Positions 48,305 through 57,276 of a DNA stretch of 64,000 nt are shown here, one piece after another. The number at the start of each line of letters is the position of its first letter. Positions within the stretch are counted from its first letter, which is position 1. This DNA comes from Candidatus Nomurabacteria bacterium GW2011_GWA1_36_15 (GTDB lineage Bacteria > Patescibacteriota > Minisyncoccia > Phycocordibacterales > UBA9973): the NCBI GenBank assembly GCA_000991415.1, contig LBRM01000004.1, positions 1,398 to 65,397 on the forward strand, in the 5' to 3' direction. The notes beneath the pieces were generated by a model. That model did not search any database, had not been told where the DNA came from, and worked only from the letters and a program-made list of their open reading frames with translations. The translations under genes and the position numbers were made by a program.

Positions 48305-49746
48305 TGCAATTTAGAATTGAAAAAAAGTTGAAGAATAGTTTAGGGAGAGCAGGGGTGATTACTACATTGCATGGAGAAATAAAAACTCCAGCTTTTGTGC
48401 CTGTAGGTACAAAAGCAAGTGTCAAAGCTTTAACCCCCTCACAAGTGTCCGATTTAGGCGCGGAAGTTATATTAGGAAATACCTATCATTTGTATTTACA
48501 ACCTGGGGATGAAATCGTGCGTGCAGCTGGCGGTATCGGCAAATTTATGAATTGGCCGGGTCCAACTATGACAGATTCAGGAGGTTTCCAAGTTTTTTCT
48601 TTAGGGGTTGCTTATAGTAAAGACCCCGAAGGAAAGCAAGCTTCCAACGGGGCAGGTATTTCTAAGGTAATGACTAAGGCTGACTTACTTCTTATTCCAG
48701 AACGTTTTGATGATAGCGATGCGCCAAGATTGGCTAAGATAGGACAAGATGGAGTTTCTTTTAAATCACATTTGGATGGAAGCATTCATTATATAACCCC
48801 CGAGAAATCAATTCAGATTCAACATAATCTCGGGGCAGATATAATTTTTGCATTTGATGAATGTACCAGTCCGGCTGAAGATTTGAAATATCAAGAAGAA
48901 GCGTTAGAACGTACTCATCGTTGGGCGGAACGAAGTTTGCGGGAACATCAAAAATTGCTGCTTTTTCACGGCTCGCACTCCAACCTGAATGTGGTAACTG
49001 AATCTAATATTGCGTATGCCGAAAAAAGCACAATTTTTGATGCTCTTAAAAAAACAGAAGAATATTCTTTAGAGGGTGTCTCGCAGACTGACGAGTCGAG
49101 AGGCAGCGCTAAGCCAGCAGGATTAGACAGCGACCCTATAAAGAATGATTCTTCTGTTTTTTCTTCAGCACTGTTCGGTATCGTGCAAGGTGGACGGGAA
49201 GAATTTTTGCGAAAAAAATCAGCAAAGATTATTGCAGAAACTAATGTAGATGGAAAATATTTTGATGGTTTTGGAATCGGTGGCTCGTTTGCCAAAGAAG
49301 ATATGTCTTCGGCGGTAAAATGGGTGAATGAAATTTTGCCGGAAGACAAACCAAGACACCTGCTCGGCATAGGGGAGCCGGAGGATTTATTTATGGGGAT
49401 AGAAAATGGGGTAGATCTTTTTGATTGCGTTGCGCCGACTCGCAATGCCCGCAACGGAACACTTTTTACTAAATACGGAAAAATAAATATAAGCAATGCA
49501 AAATATAAAAATGATTTTTCACCGATTGAAAAAGATTGTCAATGCTACACTTGTAAAAATTATACAAAGGCATACGTTTCCCATCTCTTTCATGGCAAAG
49601 AAATGCTGGCTGGAACTCTTGCTTCAATTCACAATTTATATTTTATTATTCATCTTGTAAATAATATTCGTCAATCAATACTTAATGATACGTTCCATGA
49701 ATACAAAAAAGAATTTTTAAAAATGTTTAAGGGCAATCTCGGCTAA
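48304..49746 (+). CDS. tgt: queuine tRNA-ribosyltransferase with ~100-aa low-complexity insertion
   Basis: PAFVPVGTKASVKALTPSQVSDLGAEVILGNTYHL, MTDSGGFQVFSL, FAFDECT, LFGIVQGG, zinc site CQCYTCKNY...H. Confidence 0.88.
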   Translation: MQFRIEKKLKNSLGRAGVITTLHGEIKTPAFVPVGTKASVKALTPSQVSDLGAEVILGNTYHLYLQPGDEIVRAAGGIGKFMNWPGPTMTDSGGFQVFSLGVAYSKDPEGKQASNGAGISKVMTKADLLLIPERFDDSDAPRLAKIGQDGVSFKSHLDGSIHYITPEKSIQIQHNLGADIIFAFDECTSPAEDLKYQEEALERTHRWAERSLREHQKLLLFHGSHSNLNVVTESNIAYAEKSTIFDALKKTEEYSLEGVSQTDESRGSAKPAGLDSDPIKNDSSVFSSALFGIVQGGREEFLRKKSAKIIAETNVDGKYFDGFGIGGSFAKEDMSSAVKWVNEILPEDKPRHLLGIGEPEDLFMGIENGVDLFDCVAPTRNARNGTLFTKYGKINISNAKYKNDFSPIEKDCQCYTCKNYTKAYVSHLFHGKEMLAGTLASIHNLYFIIHLVNNIRQSILNDTFHEYKKEFLKMFKGNLG

Positions 49747-50257
49747 GGGGTACAGTATATCCTCCGTCGTCACTATTCCCCCAAATACCATCTGGCCCAG
49801 CAGATCTAATAGTATCCAAACGACAATCAGTAGGTCCCCCCTCTCTTTCATTTTCATCTAATGTATAAGGACTACCCCAAGGATCTCGCAACATATTATC
49901 AATACCCAATACCGTGCCAGCAGTAGCATTTTGTATTGCGGTTAAAGCACTTAACCATTGAGTATAGCAAGAATCACTAGTCGGAATATTTCTGATATCG
50001 CGACCTCTGCAAACACAATCACTACACCCACTGCCTGTTATTTCTAGTAAAGTTTTACCGCTTTCCCCTTGGGCGATTATTGCTGTTTTAACAAATTCAT
50101 TCATTTCAATTTGTGCTTTTGCATATTTTGCTTTTGTTCTGGCGCTATTAAGACTTGATAAAACAATACTTGATAAAAGTCCTATAATGGCAACAACAAC
50201 AAGAAGTTCTATTAGTGTAAAACCTCTACTGTTTTTGTTTTGTAAAATAAGTTTCAT
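49727..50257 (-). CDS. type IV pilin / pseudopilin (prepilin N-terminal methylation motif)
   Basis: SRGFTLIELLVVVAIIGLLSSIVL class III signal peptide. Confidence 0.85.
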   Translation of the reverse strand: MKLILQNKNSRGFTLIELLVVVAIIGLLSSIVLSSLNSARTKAKYAKAQIEMNEFVKTAIIAQGESGKTLLEITGSGCSDCVCRGRDIRNIPTSDSCYTQWLSALTAIQNATAGTVLGIDNMLRDPWGSPYTLDENEREGGPTDCRLDTIRSAGPDGIWGNSDDGGYTVPLSRDCP

Positions 50258-50268
50258 AATTATAAAGC

Positions 50269-50613
50269 TTATCGCAAGTCTTCAGGTCTAGGAGGATTTT
50301 GATATTCGGGTGTATTGGGAATATTTCCTCTAAAACCAGCTGGTGCTTCTGATGGCCCACTAAAAGCATTTAATGATAAAATAATTGTTATAATAATTAC
50401 TACTACCACAAATCCTAAAAGAATATATAGTGCATGTTTTTCATTTTTAACAGAACCGCCGGAATATTTTATTACCCATTGGATCATTCTTGGAATTTCA
50501 GGATTTATTGGAGCTGAAGGAGTTTGTTGCTTTTGTTCAACATTTTTCATTTCAAATTCTTTAAGTGCCTTTTTTATTTCTAGATTTTCATTTAAATTCA
50601 AATCCTTATTCAT
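50269..50613 (-). CDS. hypothetical membrane protein upstream of pilin gene
   Basis: 114 aa, single TM helix, Pro-rich C-terminus. Confidence 0.4.
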   Translation of the reverse strand: MNKDLNLNENLEIKKALKEFEMKNVEQKQQTPSAPINPEIPRMIQWVIKYSGGSVKNEKHALYILLGFVVVVIIITIILSLNAFSGPSEAPAGFRGNIPNTPEYQNPPRPEDLR

Positions 50614-50696
50614 AACAAAATTATATCACGCTAGCCAAAATTTACAAATCCCCCTTTGCATTTTTTTTAGATGCTGGTATAATTATTTTCACCTAA

Positions 50697-52112
50697 ATGG
50701 CCAGGAAAAAAACAAAAAAACACAGCTTGCACCGACGCAAGGTGGGAAAGAATTGGAAGAAATTTTGGAAACTTGGAGTAGACGAATGGAATACGCAATT
50801 TTTTGGTGTGAATAAAGACGGCGACTTGACAGTTACAGAGGGTCATCATATTTATAATCTGAACGGACTGGCGCAAAAATATGGCACACCTCTGCAAGTT
50901 GTTTTTCCTTTTATGCTGGAGGACAGACTGAAAGATTTAATCGGATATTTTCAGGCCTATATGAAAATTTATGGATATAAAGGCAGGTTTTTCTATCACT
51001 ATCCGATGAAAGTAAACCAAAATAAAGATTTTATTTTACCGCTTCTGTCAGAAGGGGCAAATTTAGAAGTGACATCCGCCAACGAACTTTGGCTGGTCAA
51101 AAAACTTTGGGAAGGAGAAAAATTTAATAATAAGATACGTGTCCTTTGCAATGGTCCCAAGACGCATCAATATTTGGATTTGGTGGAAGAATTGCGTTCC
51201 AAGGGCATGAATATAGTGCCGATTATTGAAAGTTCAGAAGAAATTGAAAGACTCATAAAATATAAAGGCGATATAGGAATACGAATAGATTTGGCTATTA
51301 AAGCTGACACGCATTGGGATAAAAGATTTGACCGTTTTGGCCTTTCAGAAAGAGAGGTGTTAGATTTGCCTAAAATGAAGAATCTGAAGATATTACACTA
51401 TCATTTAGGTTCACAAATAAAGACTCAGAAAAGCATTCTAGAAGGTATAAAACACGCATTTAGCATTTATGTTGAATTGCAAAAAACCCATCCCAATCTG
51501 GATACTTTGGATATTGGCGGGGGATTTGGAATTCCATACGAGAAAAAGAAGTTTTATACGGCTAAATCTGTCTCCAGCAAAATAGTTAAAGTTTTAAAAA
51601 ATTTGTCGGACAAAGCAGGCATAAAACATCCTAATCTTGCAGTTGAATGGGGTCAGTATATAGTTGCTCCGGCCCAAGTGACTCTATATAAAATTATTTC
51701 TAAAAAATATATTGATAAAGCGAATGCCAAAGCCTGGTATGTCATTGACGGTAGTTTTATAAATGATCTTAAGGATACTTGGGCCATACATCAGAAATGG
51801 CATATCATACCGGCAAACAATATGGACGGCGCTTTAAAAAGAGTTTGGCTGGCGGGAAGTAGTTGTGATTCTGATGATAAATATACTGCGGGAGGAGATT
51901 ATATTCTTTTACCTAAAATAAATGAGGAAGATCAATACATTGCAATTCTTGATACCGGATGGTGCCAAGATGGTTTAGCTTCGCATCATTGTTTGCTTTC
52001 TCTGCCGGCAAAAATTATTGCTCAAGATGGAGAAATAAAAATTGCTCGCAAGCATGAGACGGCGGAATACATCGGCAAACTTTTTGGTTGGACTAATGGA
52101 GACCATAAGTAA
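50697..52112 (+). CDS. speA: biosynthetic arginine decarboxylase-like PLP-dependent decarboxylase (fold-III Orn/DAP/Arg family)
   Basis: N-terminus WNTQFFGVNKDGDLTV...YGTPLQVVFPFMLEDRLKDL parallels SpeA; PLP-Lys motif YPMKVN; Gly-rich GGGFGIPYE. Confidence 0.65.
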   Translation: MARKKTKKHSLHRRKVGKNWKKFWKLGVDEWNTQFFGVNKDGDLTVTEGHHIYNLNGLAQKYGTPLQVVFPFMLEDRLKDLIGYFQAYMKIYGYKGRFFYHYPMKVNQNKDFILPLLSEGANLEVTSANELWLVKKLWEGEKFNNKIRVLCNGPKTHQYLDLVEELRSKGMNIVPIIESSEEIERLIKYKGDIGIRIDLAIKADTHWDKRFDRFGLSEREVLDLPKMKNLKILHYHLGSQIKTQKSILEGIKHAFSIYVELQKTHPNLDTLDIGGGFGIPYEKKKFYTAKSVSSKIVKVLKNLSDKAGIKHPNLAVEWGQYIVAPAQVTLYKIISKKYIDKANAKAWYVIDGSFINDLKDTWAIHQKWHIIPANNMDGALKRVWLAGSSCDSDDKYTAGGDYILLPKINEEDQYIAILDTGWCQDGLASHHCLLSLPAKIIAQDGEIKIARKHETAEYIGKLFGWTNGDHK

Positions 52113-52133
52113 TAAAAAGTTATAAAGTAAAAA

Positions 52134-52598
52134 ATGCAAAATAGAAATATTTTTTTTATTCTGGTAGTTATTGTTTTTTTGGTAATAGAATTTTTTTTAA
52201 TAAAAAATAATTCTCCTAAAAATGTGGAAGTGAATCAAATTCACTTTGTAAAAATTGCGGGGAAAATTTTAAAAGTTGACCTAGCTTTAACCCTGGAAGA
52301 ACAAGAGCAAGGTCTCTCGGGAAGAAATAAATTAAGAGAAGATGAAAGTATGTTATTTGTTTTTGATTATATAAACAAACATCCTTTTTGGATGAAGGAT
52401 ATGAATTTTGCTATAGATATTATCTGGATTGGGGAAAATTTGCGAGTGGTTTATATTAAAAAAAATGCTCAACCGGAGTCATATCCGGAGACTTTTTTGC
52501 CGAAGCAAGACGCCAAGTATGTTTTGGAGGTTTTGTCCCAATTTTCGGAAAAGAATAATTTAAAAGAAGGGGACAGGGTAGAATTTTTGCCCTCTTAG
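52134..52598 (+). CDS. DUF192-domain protein
   Basis: GLSGRNKLREDESMLFVF...HPFWMKDMNFAIDIIWI matches DUF192 core. Confidence 0.75.
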   Translation: MQNRNIFFILVVIVFLVIEFFLIKNNSPKNVEVNQIHFVKIAGKILKVDLALTLEEQEQGLSGRNKLREDESMLFVFDYINKHPFWMKDMNFAIDIIWIGENLRVVYIKKNAQPESYPETFLPKQDAKYVLEVLSQFSEKNNLKEGDRVEFLPS

Positions 52599-52717
52599 GG
52601 CTTGTCATTTCAGCCTTTAAGGAAATATCTATTTACAGTCACTTCAAACTGTTTTTATGTGTTGTTTTTTCTTGTTTTCCACTCGCCTAAATTATTTTTT
52701 GGAAGTATAATCACCTG

Positions 52718-55087
52718 ATGGAAAAAGATTTTATTTTAGGCAAGAAGGAATTGAATAAAATTAAGAATGTCAGAAACCGTGAAGGAGAAATAATTCCTTT
52801 CAACATAAATAAAATCGCGGATGCGATATACAAAGCATTCGTCATGACCAATGAAGGAGAAAAAAAGGAAGCAAAAGACGTTGCTACCAGAGTCTTTCAT
52901 AAATTAATTCAAATTAAAGTAAAAAGTAACGAAAAAAAGTTTATTCCGATGGTAGAAATGATCCAGGACCTGGTAGAAGCCGAACTTATGGACTTGGGAT
53001 ACCATCTTACCGCAAAATCCTATATTTTATATAGGTCCAAGAGAGCAGAACTAAGACGTGAAGTGGGTACTATTCCAACCGAGAGCAAGAAAATTTTTGA
53101 TGAATCAAGCTCTTATTTCGTAAGTTCTTATGAAGAATTTATTTTTTACAGAACATATTCAAAATGGCAAGATGCTTTAGGCAGGCGTGAGACCTGGATA
53201 GAGACCATTGACCGCTTTATGGCTTATATGAAAAAAAATCTTGGCGATAAAATGTCTCAGAAAGATTATTCTGAAGTAAAGGAAGCAATTTTAAAACAAG
53301 AAGTTTGTCCATCAATGAGATTGCTTTGGTCTGCTGGAGAAGCATGTGATAAGACGAATGTCTGGGCTTACAATTGTTCTTATGTGGCGCCTTCTGCTTG
53401 GCAAGATTTAGGAGAGATAATGTACATCTTAATGTGTGGAGCAGGTTTAGGTTTTTCTGTTGAATCTGAAACTGTCCAAAAATTTCCGCAAATAAAAAGA
53501 CAGACAGGGAAAAAACTTGCCACTCATGTGGTAGAAGATAGTAAGGAAGGTTGGGCGGACGCATTTGTCTTAGGTTGCAAAACTTGGGCTGACGGTTATG
53601 ATATAGATTTTGATTTTAGTAAAATTCGTCCGTCAGGCTCCAGATTGAAAGTAGCTGGCGGTCGCGCTTCGGGGCCTCAACCGCTGATTGATCTTATCAA
53701 TTTTGCCAAAAAGAAAATATTATCAAGGCAAGCAAAACGTCTTACTAACTTAGACCTTCACGACATAATCTGCCAAATCGGTCTGATTGTGGTGGCTGGA
53801 GGAGTCCGTCGCAGTGCCTTAATATCTCTTTCTGACATTGACGATGAGTCTATGCGTAAATCAAAACAAGGACAGTTTTGGATTGATAACGGACAACGTT
53901 CCATGGCCAATAACTCGGCTGTATATAGCCAAAAACCGGGAGCTTCGGAATTTTTGAATGAATGGATAGAATTAATAAAATCGGGCACCGGAGAGAGAGG
54001 TATATTCAATAGAGGCGGATTGATGACCCAACTTCCAAAACGTCGAATCGATAACTGGGAAAAAGCTGGTATTATAGACGACCAGAATGTTATTGTCGGC
54101 TTGCCGGGGTCAAATCCTTGCGGAGAAATCACTCTTCAATCCAAGCAATTCTGCAATCTTACTTCTATTGTAGTTCGCCCGGGTGATAATGCGGAAGATT
54201 TAAAAAGGAAAGTCAGACTTTCTACAATCTTAGGCACTTATCAAGCAACTCTGACCAACTTCGGCTATTTATCGAAAGAATGGAAAGAAAATTGTGAAGC
54301 AGAGGCGCTCTTGGGTGTTTCCATCACCGGGTATTATGATAATAAAACAATCAGAACAGAAAAAGTTTTAACAGAGCTTCGCGAGGAATCCATAAAAGTA
54401 AATAAAGAGTATGCCAAAAAATTCGGCATCAATTATTCTACTTGCATTACCACTATCAAGCCTCACGGCAACTCGGGCCAGCTCCTGTATGTCGGTTCCG
54501 GTATGCATCCATGGTATGCAAAATATTATATCAGACGTGTTCGTATTTCTACTAATGATCCTCTGTATCAGTTGATTAAAGACCAAGGTGTTCCTTTCAA
54601 AGCCGAAGTTGGATATTCTACCGCTAATTCAACTGTAGCCGTAGTTGAATTTCCAATTAAAGCGCCGGAAGGAGCTGTTACCCGCGATCAAGTTTCCGCC
54701 ATAGATTTACTGAATGAATGGAAAAAATTAAAAATTAATTATATTGAACACAATCCTTCCGTTACTATTTATGTGGGCAATGATGAATGGATTAAAGTGG
54801 CAAACTTTATTTATGAAAACTGGGATATTGTCGGCGGACTTTCTTTCTTGCCCCGATCCGAACATGTTTACCAGCTTGCGCCGTACGAAGAGATTTCAAA
54901 AGAAGAATATGAAAAAAGAGTCAAGGAAATAAAACATATTGATTTTTCTAAACTTATTTATTACGAGCAAGAAGACAATACCATGGGTGCCAAAGAATTT
55001 GCTTGTGTTTCCGGAGTTTGTTCTATTGATGATGTTTTGGCTGAAGAAGCTCAAAAAGAAAAAGTGGAAGGTCTTTCCGATATCTAA
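52718..55087 (+). CDS. nrdJ: ribonucleotide reductase, class II (adenosylcobalamin-dependent) with N-terminal ATP-cone
   Basis: ATP-cone VRNREGEIIPFNINKIADAIYKAF; thiyl-radical loop SNPCGEITLQSKQFCNLTSI (class II NPCGE, not class I NLCxE); C-terminal Cys pair CVSGVC. Confidence 0.6.
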   Translation: MEKDFILGKKELNKIKNVRNREGEIIPFNINKIADAIYKAFVMTNEGEKKEAKDVATRVFHKLIQIKVKSNEKKFIPMVEMIQDLVEAELMDLGYHLTAKSYILYRSKRAELRREVGTIPTESKKIFDESSSYFVSSYEEFIFYRTYSKWQDALGRRETWIETIDRFMAYMKKNLGDKMSQKDYSEVKEAILKQEVCPSMRLLWSAGEACDKTNVWAYNCSYVAPSAWQDLGEIMYILMCGAGLGFSVESETVQKFPQIKRQTGKKLATHVVEDSKEGWADAFVLGCKTWADGYDIDFDFSKIRPSGSRLKVAGGRASGPQPLIDLINFAKKKILSRQAKRLTNLDLHDIICQIGLIVVAGGVRRSALISLSDIDDESMRKSKQGQFWIDNGQRSMANNSAVYSQKPGASEFLNEWIELIKSGTGERGIFNRGGLMTQLPKRRIDNWEKAGIIDDQNVIVGLPGSNPCGEITLQSKQFCNLTSIVVRPGDNAEDLKRKVRLSTILGTYQATLTNFGYLSKEWKENCEAEALLGVSITGYYDNKTIRTEKVLTELREESIKVNKEYAKKFGINYSTCITTIKPHGNSGQLLYVGSGMHPWYAKYYIRRVRISTNDPLYQLIKDQGVPFKAEVGYSTANSTVAVVEFPIKAPEGAVTRDQVSAIDLLNEWKKLKINYIEHNPSVTIYVGNDEWIKVANFIYENWDIVGGLSFLPRSEHVYQLAPYEEISKEEYEKRVKEIKHIDFSKLIYYEQEDNTMGAKEFACVSGVCSIDDVLAEEAQKEKVEGLSDI

Positions 55088-55156
55088 TTTACCCACACAT
55101 TATATTAATACAATATGTGGGTTTACTTTTTATTTCTTTTATTTTATAATCTAATT

Positions 55157-55542
55157 GGTCCTGTATTGGATAGTTGCCCCTCACTGATTTTTAATTCAGT
55201 GGGGGGAGGAAAGTCCGAACACAGCGATCCCTTTTTCTAGGGTGGGAATAGTAGTGGGTAACACCCACATATAGCAATATATAGGTGCGAACAGAGACGT
55301 TTTGTGGTGAAAGCCCCAGAACATCCCCCACCAATTTTACGGTTGGTGGGGGATGAGTTCTACGGTAACGTAGAAAATGAAACGGCTAAATCCTTACTTC
55401 TGTGCAAGATCGTGTTCCCCACCCAGATTCTGGGTGGGGGGAGAATCGCTTGAGTCCTAGAGCAATCTAGGACCTAGATAAATAACTATCACCCTGAACT
55501 TTTTGTAAAGGGCACAGAATTCGGCTTATAGATACAAGACCA
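55157..55542 (+). ncRNA. rnpB: RNase P RNA (bacterial type A)
   Basis: P4 strands GGAGGAAAGTCCGAACACAG and ACAGAATTCGGCTTA (cf. E. coli GGAGGAAAGUCCGGGCUCC / ACAGAACCCGGCUUA); terminal P1 pairing ggtcctgtat/atacaagacc; GNRA-rich internal hairpins. Confidence 0.85.
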
Positions 55543-55550
55543 AAAATATG

Positions 55551-55580
55551 AAAAATCCTCTCGCAAGAGAGGATTTTTCT
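55551..55580 (+). terminator. rho-independent terminator after rnpB
   Basis: aatcctctc-gcaa-gagaggatt + TTTTT. Confidence 0.8.
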
Positions 55581-55685
55581 GTTGTACGGGGTAAAAACTT
55601 GCTTTTTTATTTAATATATGATATACTCGTTTTGTGAGTGTGAGGTTAGATTCATACTTATCGTAAACAACATAAGTGCCGCAAA

Positions 55686-55710
55686 GACCCGCCGCAAGGC
55701 GGGTTTTTTG
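55686..55710 (+). terminator. rho-independent terminator
   Basis: acccgcc-gcaa-ggcgggt + TTTTTT. Confidence 0.75.
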
Positions 55711-55774
55711 TTATTGACTTTTGTATTGAACTATGATAGTATTCTAGGTAGAATAAAAGTAAGGAAATAAGAAA

Positions 55775-55984
55775 ATGGAATATCCAGATTATTTCTATGA
55801 TATTACGTTACCAGGTTTTCCTGGTAATAAAAAATATCAGAAAGAGCTTGCAGAAGCTCAAAAAGTGTTCTTATCAAAAATTATTTTAGCAAAAAGAATT
55901 CATCCTGATGCTAAAAAAATTTGTCTGAATTGTTTCACTCCAATTTTTGAGGTTGGAGGAAGGTGTCCTAATTGTGAAGAATGA
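55775..55984 (+). CDS. hypothetical protein with C-terminal zinc-ribbon (CxxC...CxxC)
   Basis: 69 aa; CLNCF...CPNCEE; TTGACT-17-TAGTAT promoter upstream; terminator hairpin downstream. Confidence 0.5.
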   Translation: MEYPDYFYDITLPGFPGNKKYQKELAEAQKVFLSKIILAKRIHPDAKKICLNCFTPIFEVGGRCPNCEE

Positions 55985-56076
55985 AAAGCCCGCGGTTTAA
56001 CCAAGGGCTTTTTTTATTATTAAATCTTGGTATAATTATATTGTAGGATAAAAATTCCGCACTGAATTACGGATTT

Positions 56077-56928
56077 TTGTTTATCAAAATGAGAAATTCA
56101 AAGAAAAAAAATAATAAAAAAGTTTTTGAAAAGATGAAGTTAAAACATCTTCTTATAGTGTTATTTTTTTTAGTCAGTGCTCTTTTGGGTATAGTTTATT
56201 ATTACGGTTTAGATCCGGCTCTTCTGACCAAATTATCTTTTTATGAAAATTTAGCCAATCCTAATATTTATATTGTCAGAGTGCCGGAAGGTTTGCGTAA
56301 AGAAGAAATAGCGGAAATTATGGCGGACAGGCTTAGTTGGGACGAAAGCGAGAAAAATGATTTTGTAAATATCCACCTTGCTTTGAATAGTACTAATTTA
56401 GAAGGTCATTATTTTCCGAAGACTTACTTGATTAATAAAAATGAAAATCCGTCTGCGGTCAGCGCCACTATGTTTGATGAATTTTCCCAAAAAACGGCTA
56501 AAATTAAAAAGTCAAAAGTAGCTCAAATAATAAACGAAGATACAGCTATAAAAATCGCCTCTATTATTCAGCGTGAAGCAGGAGGAAAAAACGATATGAA
56601 GTTGATATCAGGAATTATCTGGAACCGTATTTTTGACGGCATGAAATTGCAAATAGATGCCACTTTGCAGTATGCCAAAGGCAGTGAAGAAAAAGGTTGG
56701 TGGGAACAAGTTAATCCAGAAGACAAAAAAATAAAATCTTCCTATAACACATATTTATATGAAGGTCTTCCACCGGGAGCCATTGCTAATCCCGGCGTGG
56801 ATGCTATTTTTGCCGCCTATAATCCTCAGAAAACAAACTGTCTATTTTATCTGCATGACAAAAACAGGAAAATTCACTGCGCGGTAACATATGAAGAACA
56901 TAAGAAAAATATTGAGAAATACTATTAG
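56077..56928 (+). CDS. mltG: endolytic murein transglycosylase MltG/YceG family
   Basis: N-terminal TM; YceG motifs IASIIQREAG, IWNRI, LQIDATLQY, YNTYLYEGLPPGAIANPG. Confidence 0.8.
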   Translation: MFIKMRNSKKKNNKKVFEKMKLKHLLIVLFFLVSALLGIVYYYGLDPALLTKLSFYENLANPNIYIVRVPEGLRKEEIAEIMADRLSWDESEKNDFVNIHLALNSTNLEGHYFPKTYLINKNENPSAVSATMFDEFSQKTAKIKKSKVAQIINEDTAIKIASIIQREAGGKNDMKLISGIIWNRIFDGMKLQIDATLQYAKGSEEKGWWEQVNPEDKKIKSSYNTYLYEGLPPGAIANPGVDAIFAAYNPQKTNCLFYLHDKNRKIHCAVTYEEHKKNIEKYY

Positions 56929-57141
56929 TAAAAAGCATAAATAAACAGATACTAAGAATTATCCCTATTTTTATTGGAGATATTTAAAGGACATAGTAAT
57001 GTCCGATAGAATAATTTATGTCCTTTATAGCAAAAAAGAAAAAAAATTTTTTGCTTTTTTGTCCTATTAAATTATTTTACGGACATATAAGCTTGACATT
57101 ATATTTTCTATATGTAATATATCTATTAGCAAAAATAATTA

Positions 57142-57276
57142 TTAAAATAATGAGCGAAGCGAATATATTTAAATAACCCCGTTAAATAACTTTTGCAAAG
57201 CAAAAGTTGAAATCTAAAAGATTTCATTTAACAGGGTAATGATTTTTATAGTCACTTTACTCCTTAAAAATCAATT
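57142..57276 (+). promoter_or_regulatory. repeated promoter + 5' hairpin + leader module, copy C (upstream of secreted repeat protein)
   Basis: TATATT box, hairpin ccccgttaaat...atttaacaggg enclosing cttttgc-aaa-gcaaaag and gaaatc-taaaa-gatttc, then tail gatttttatagtcactttactccttaaaaatcaattATG. Confidence 0.6.
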
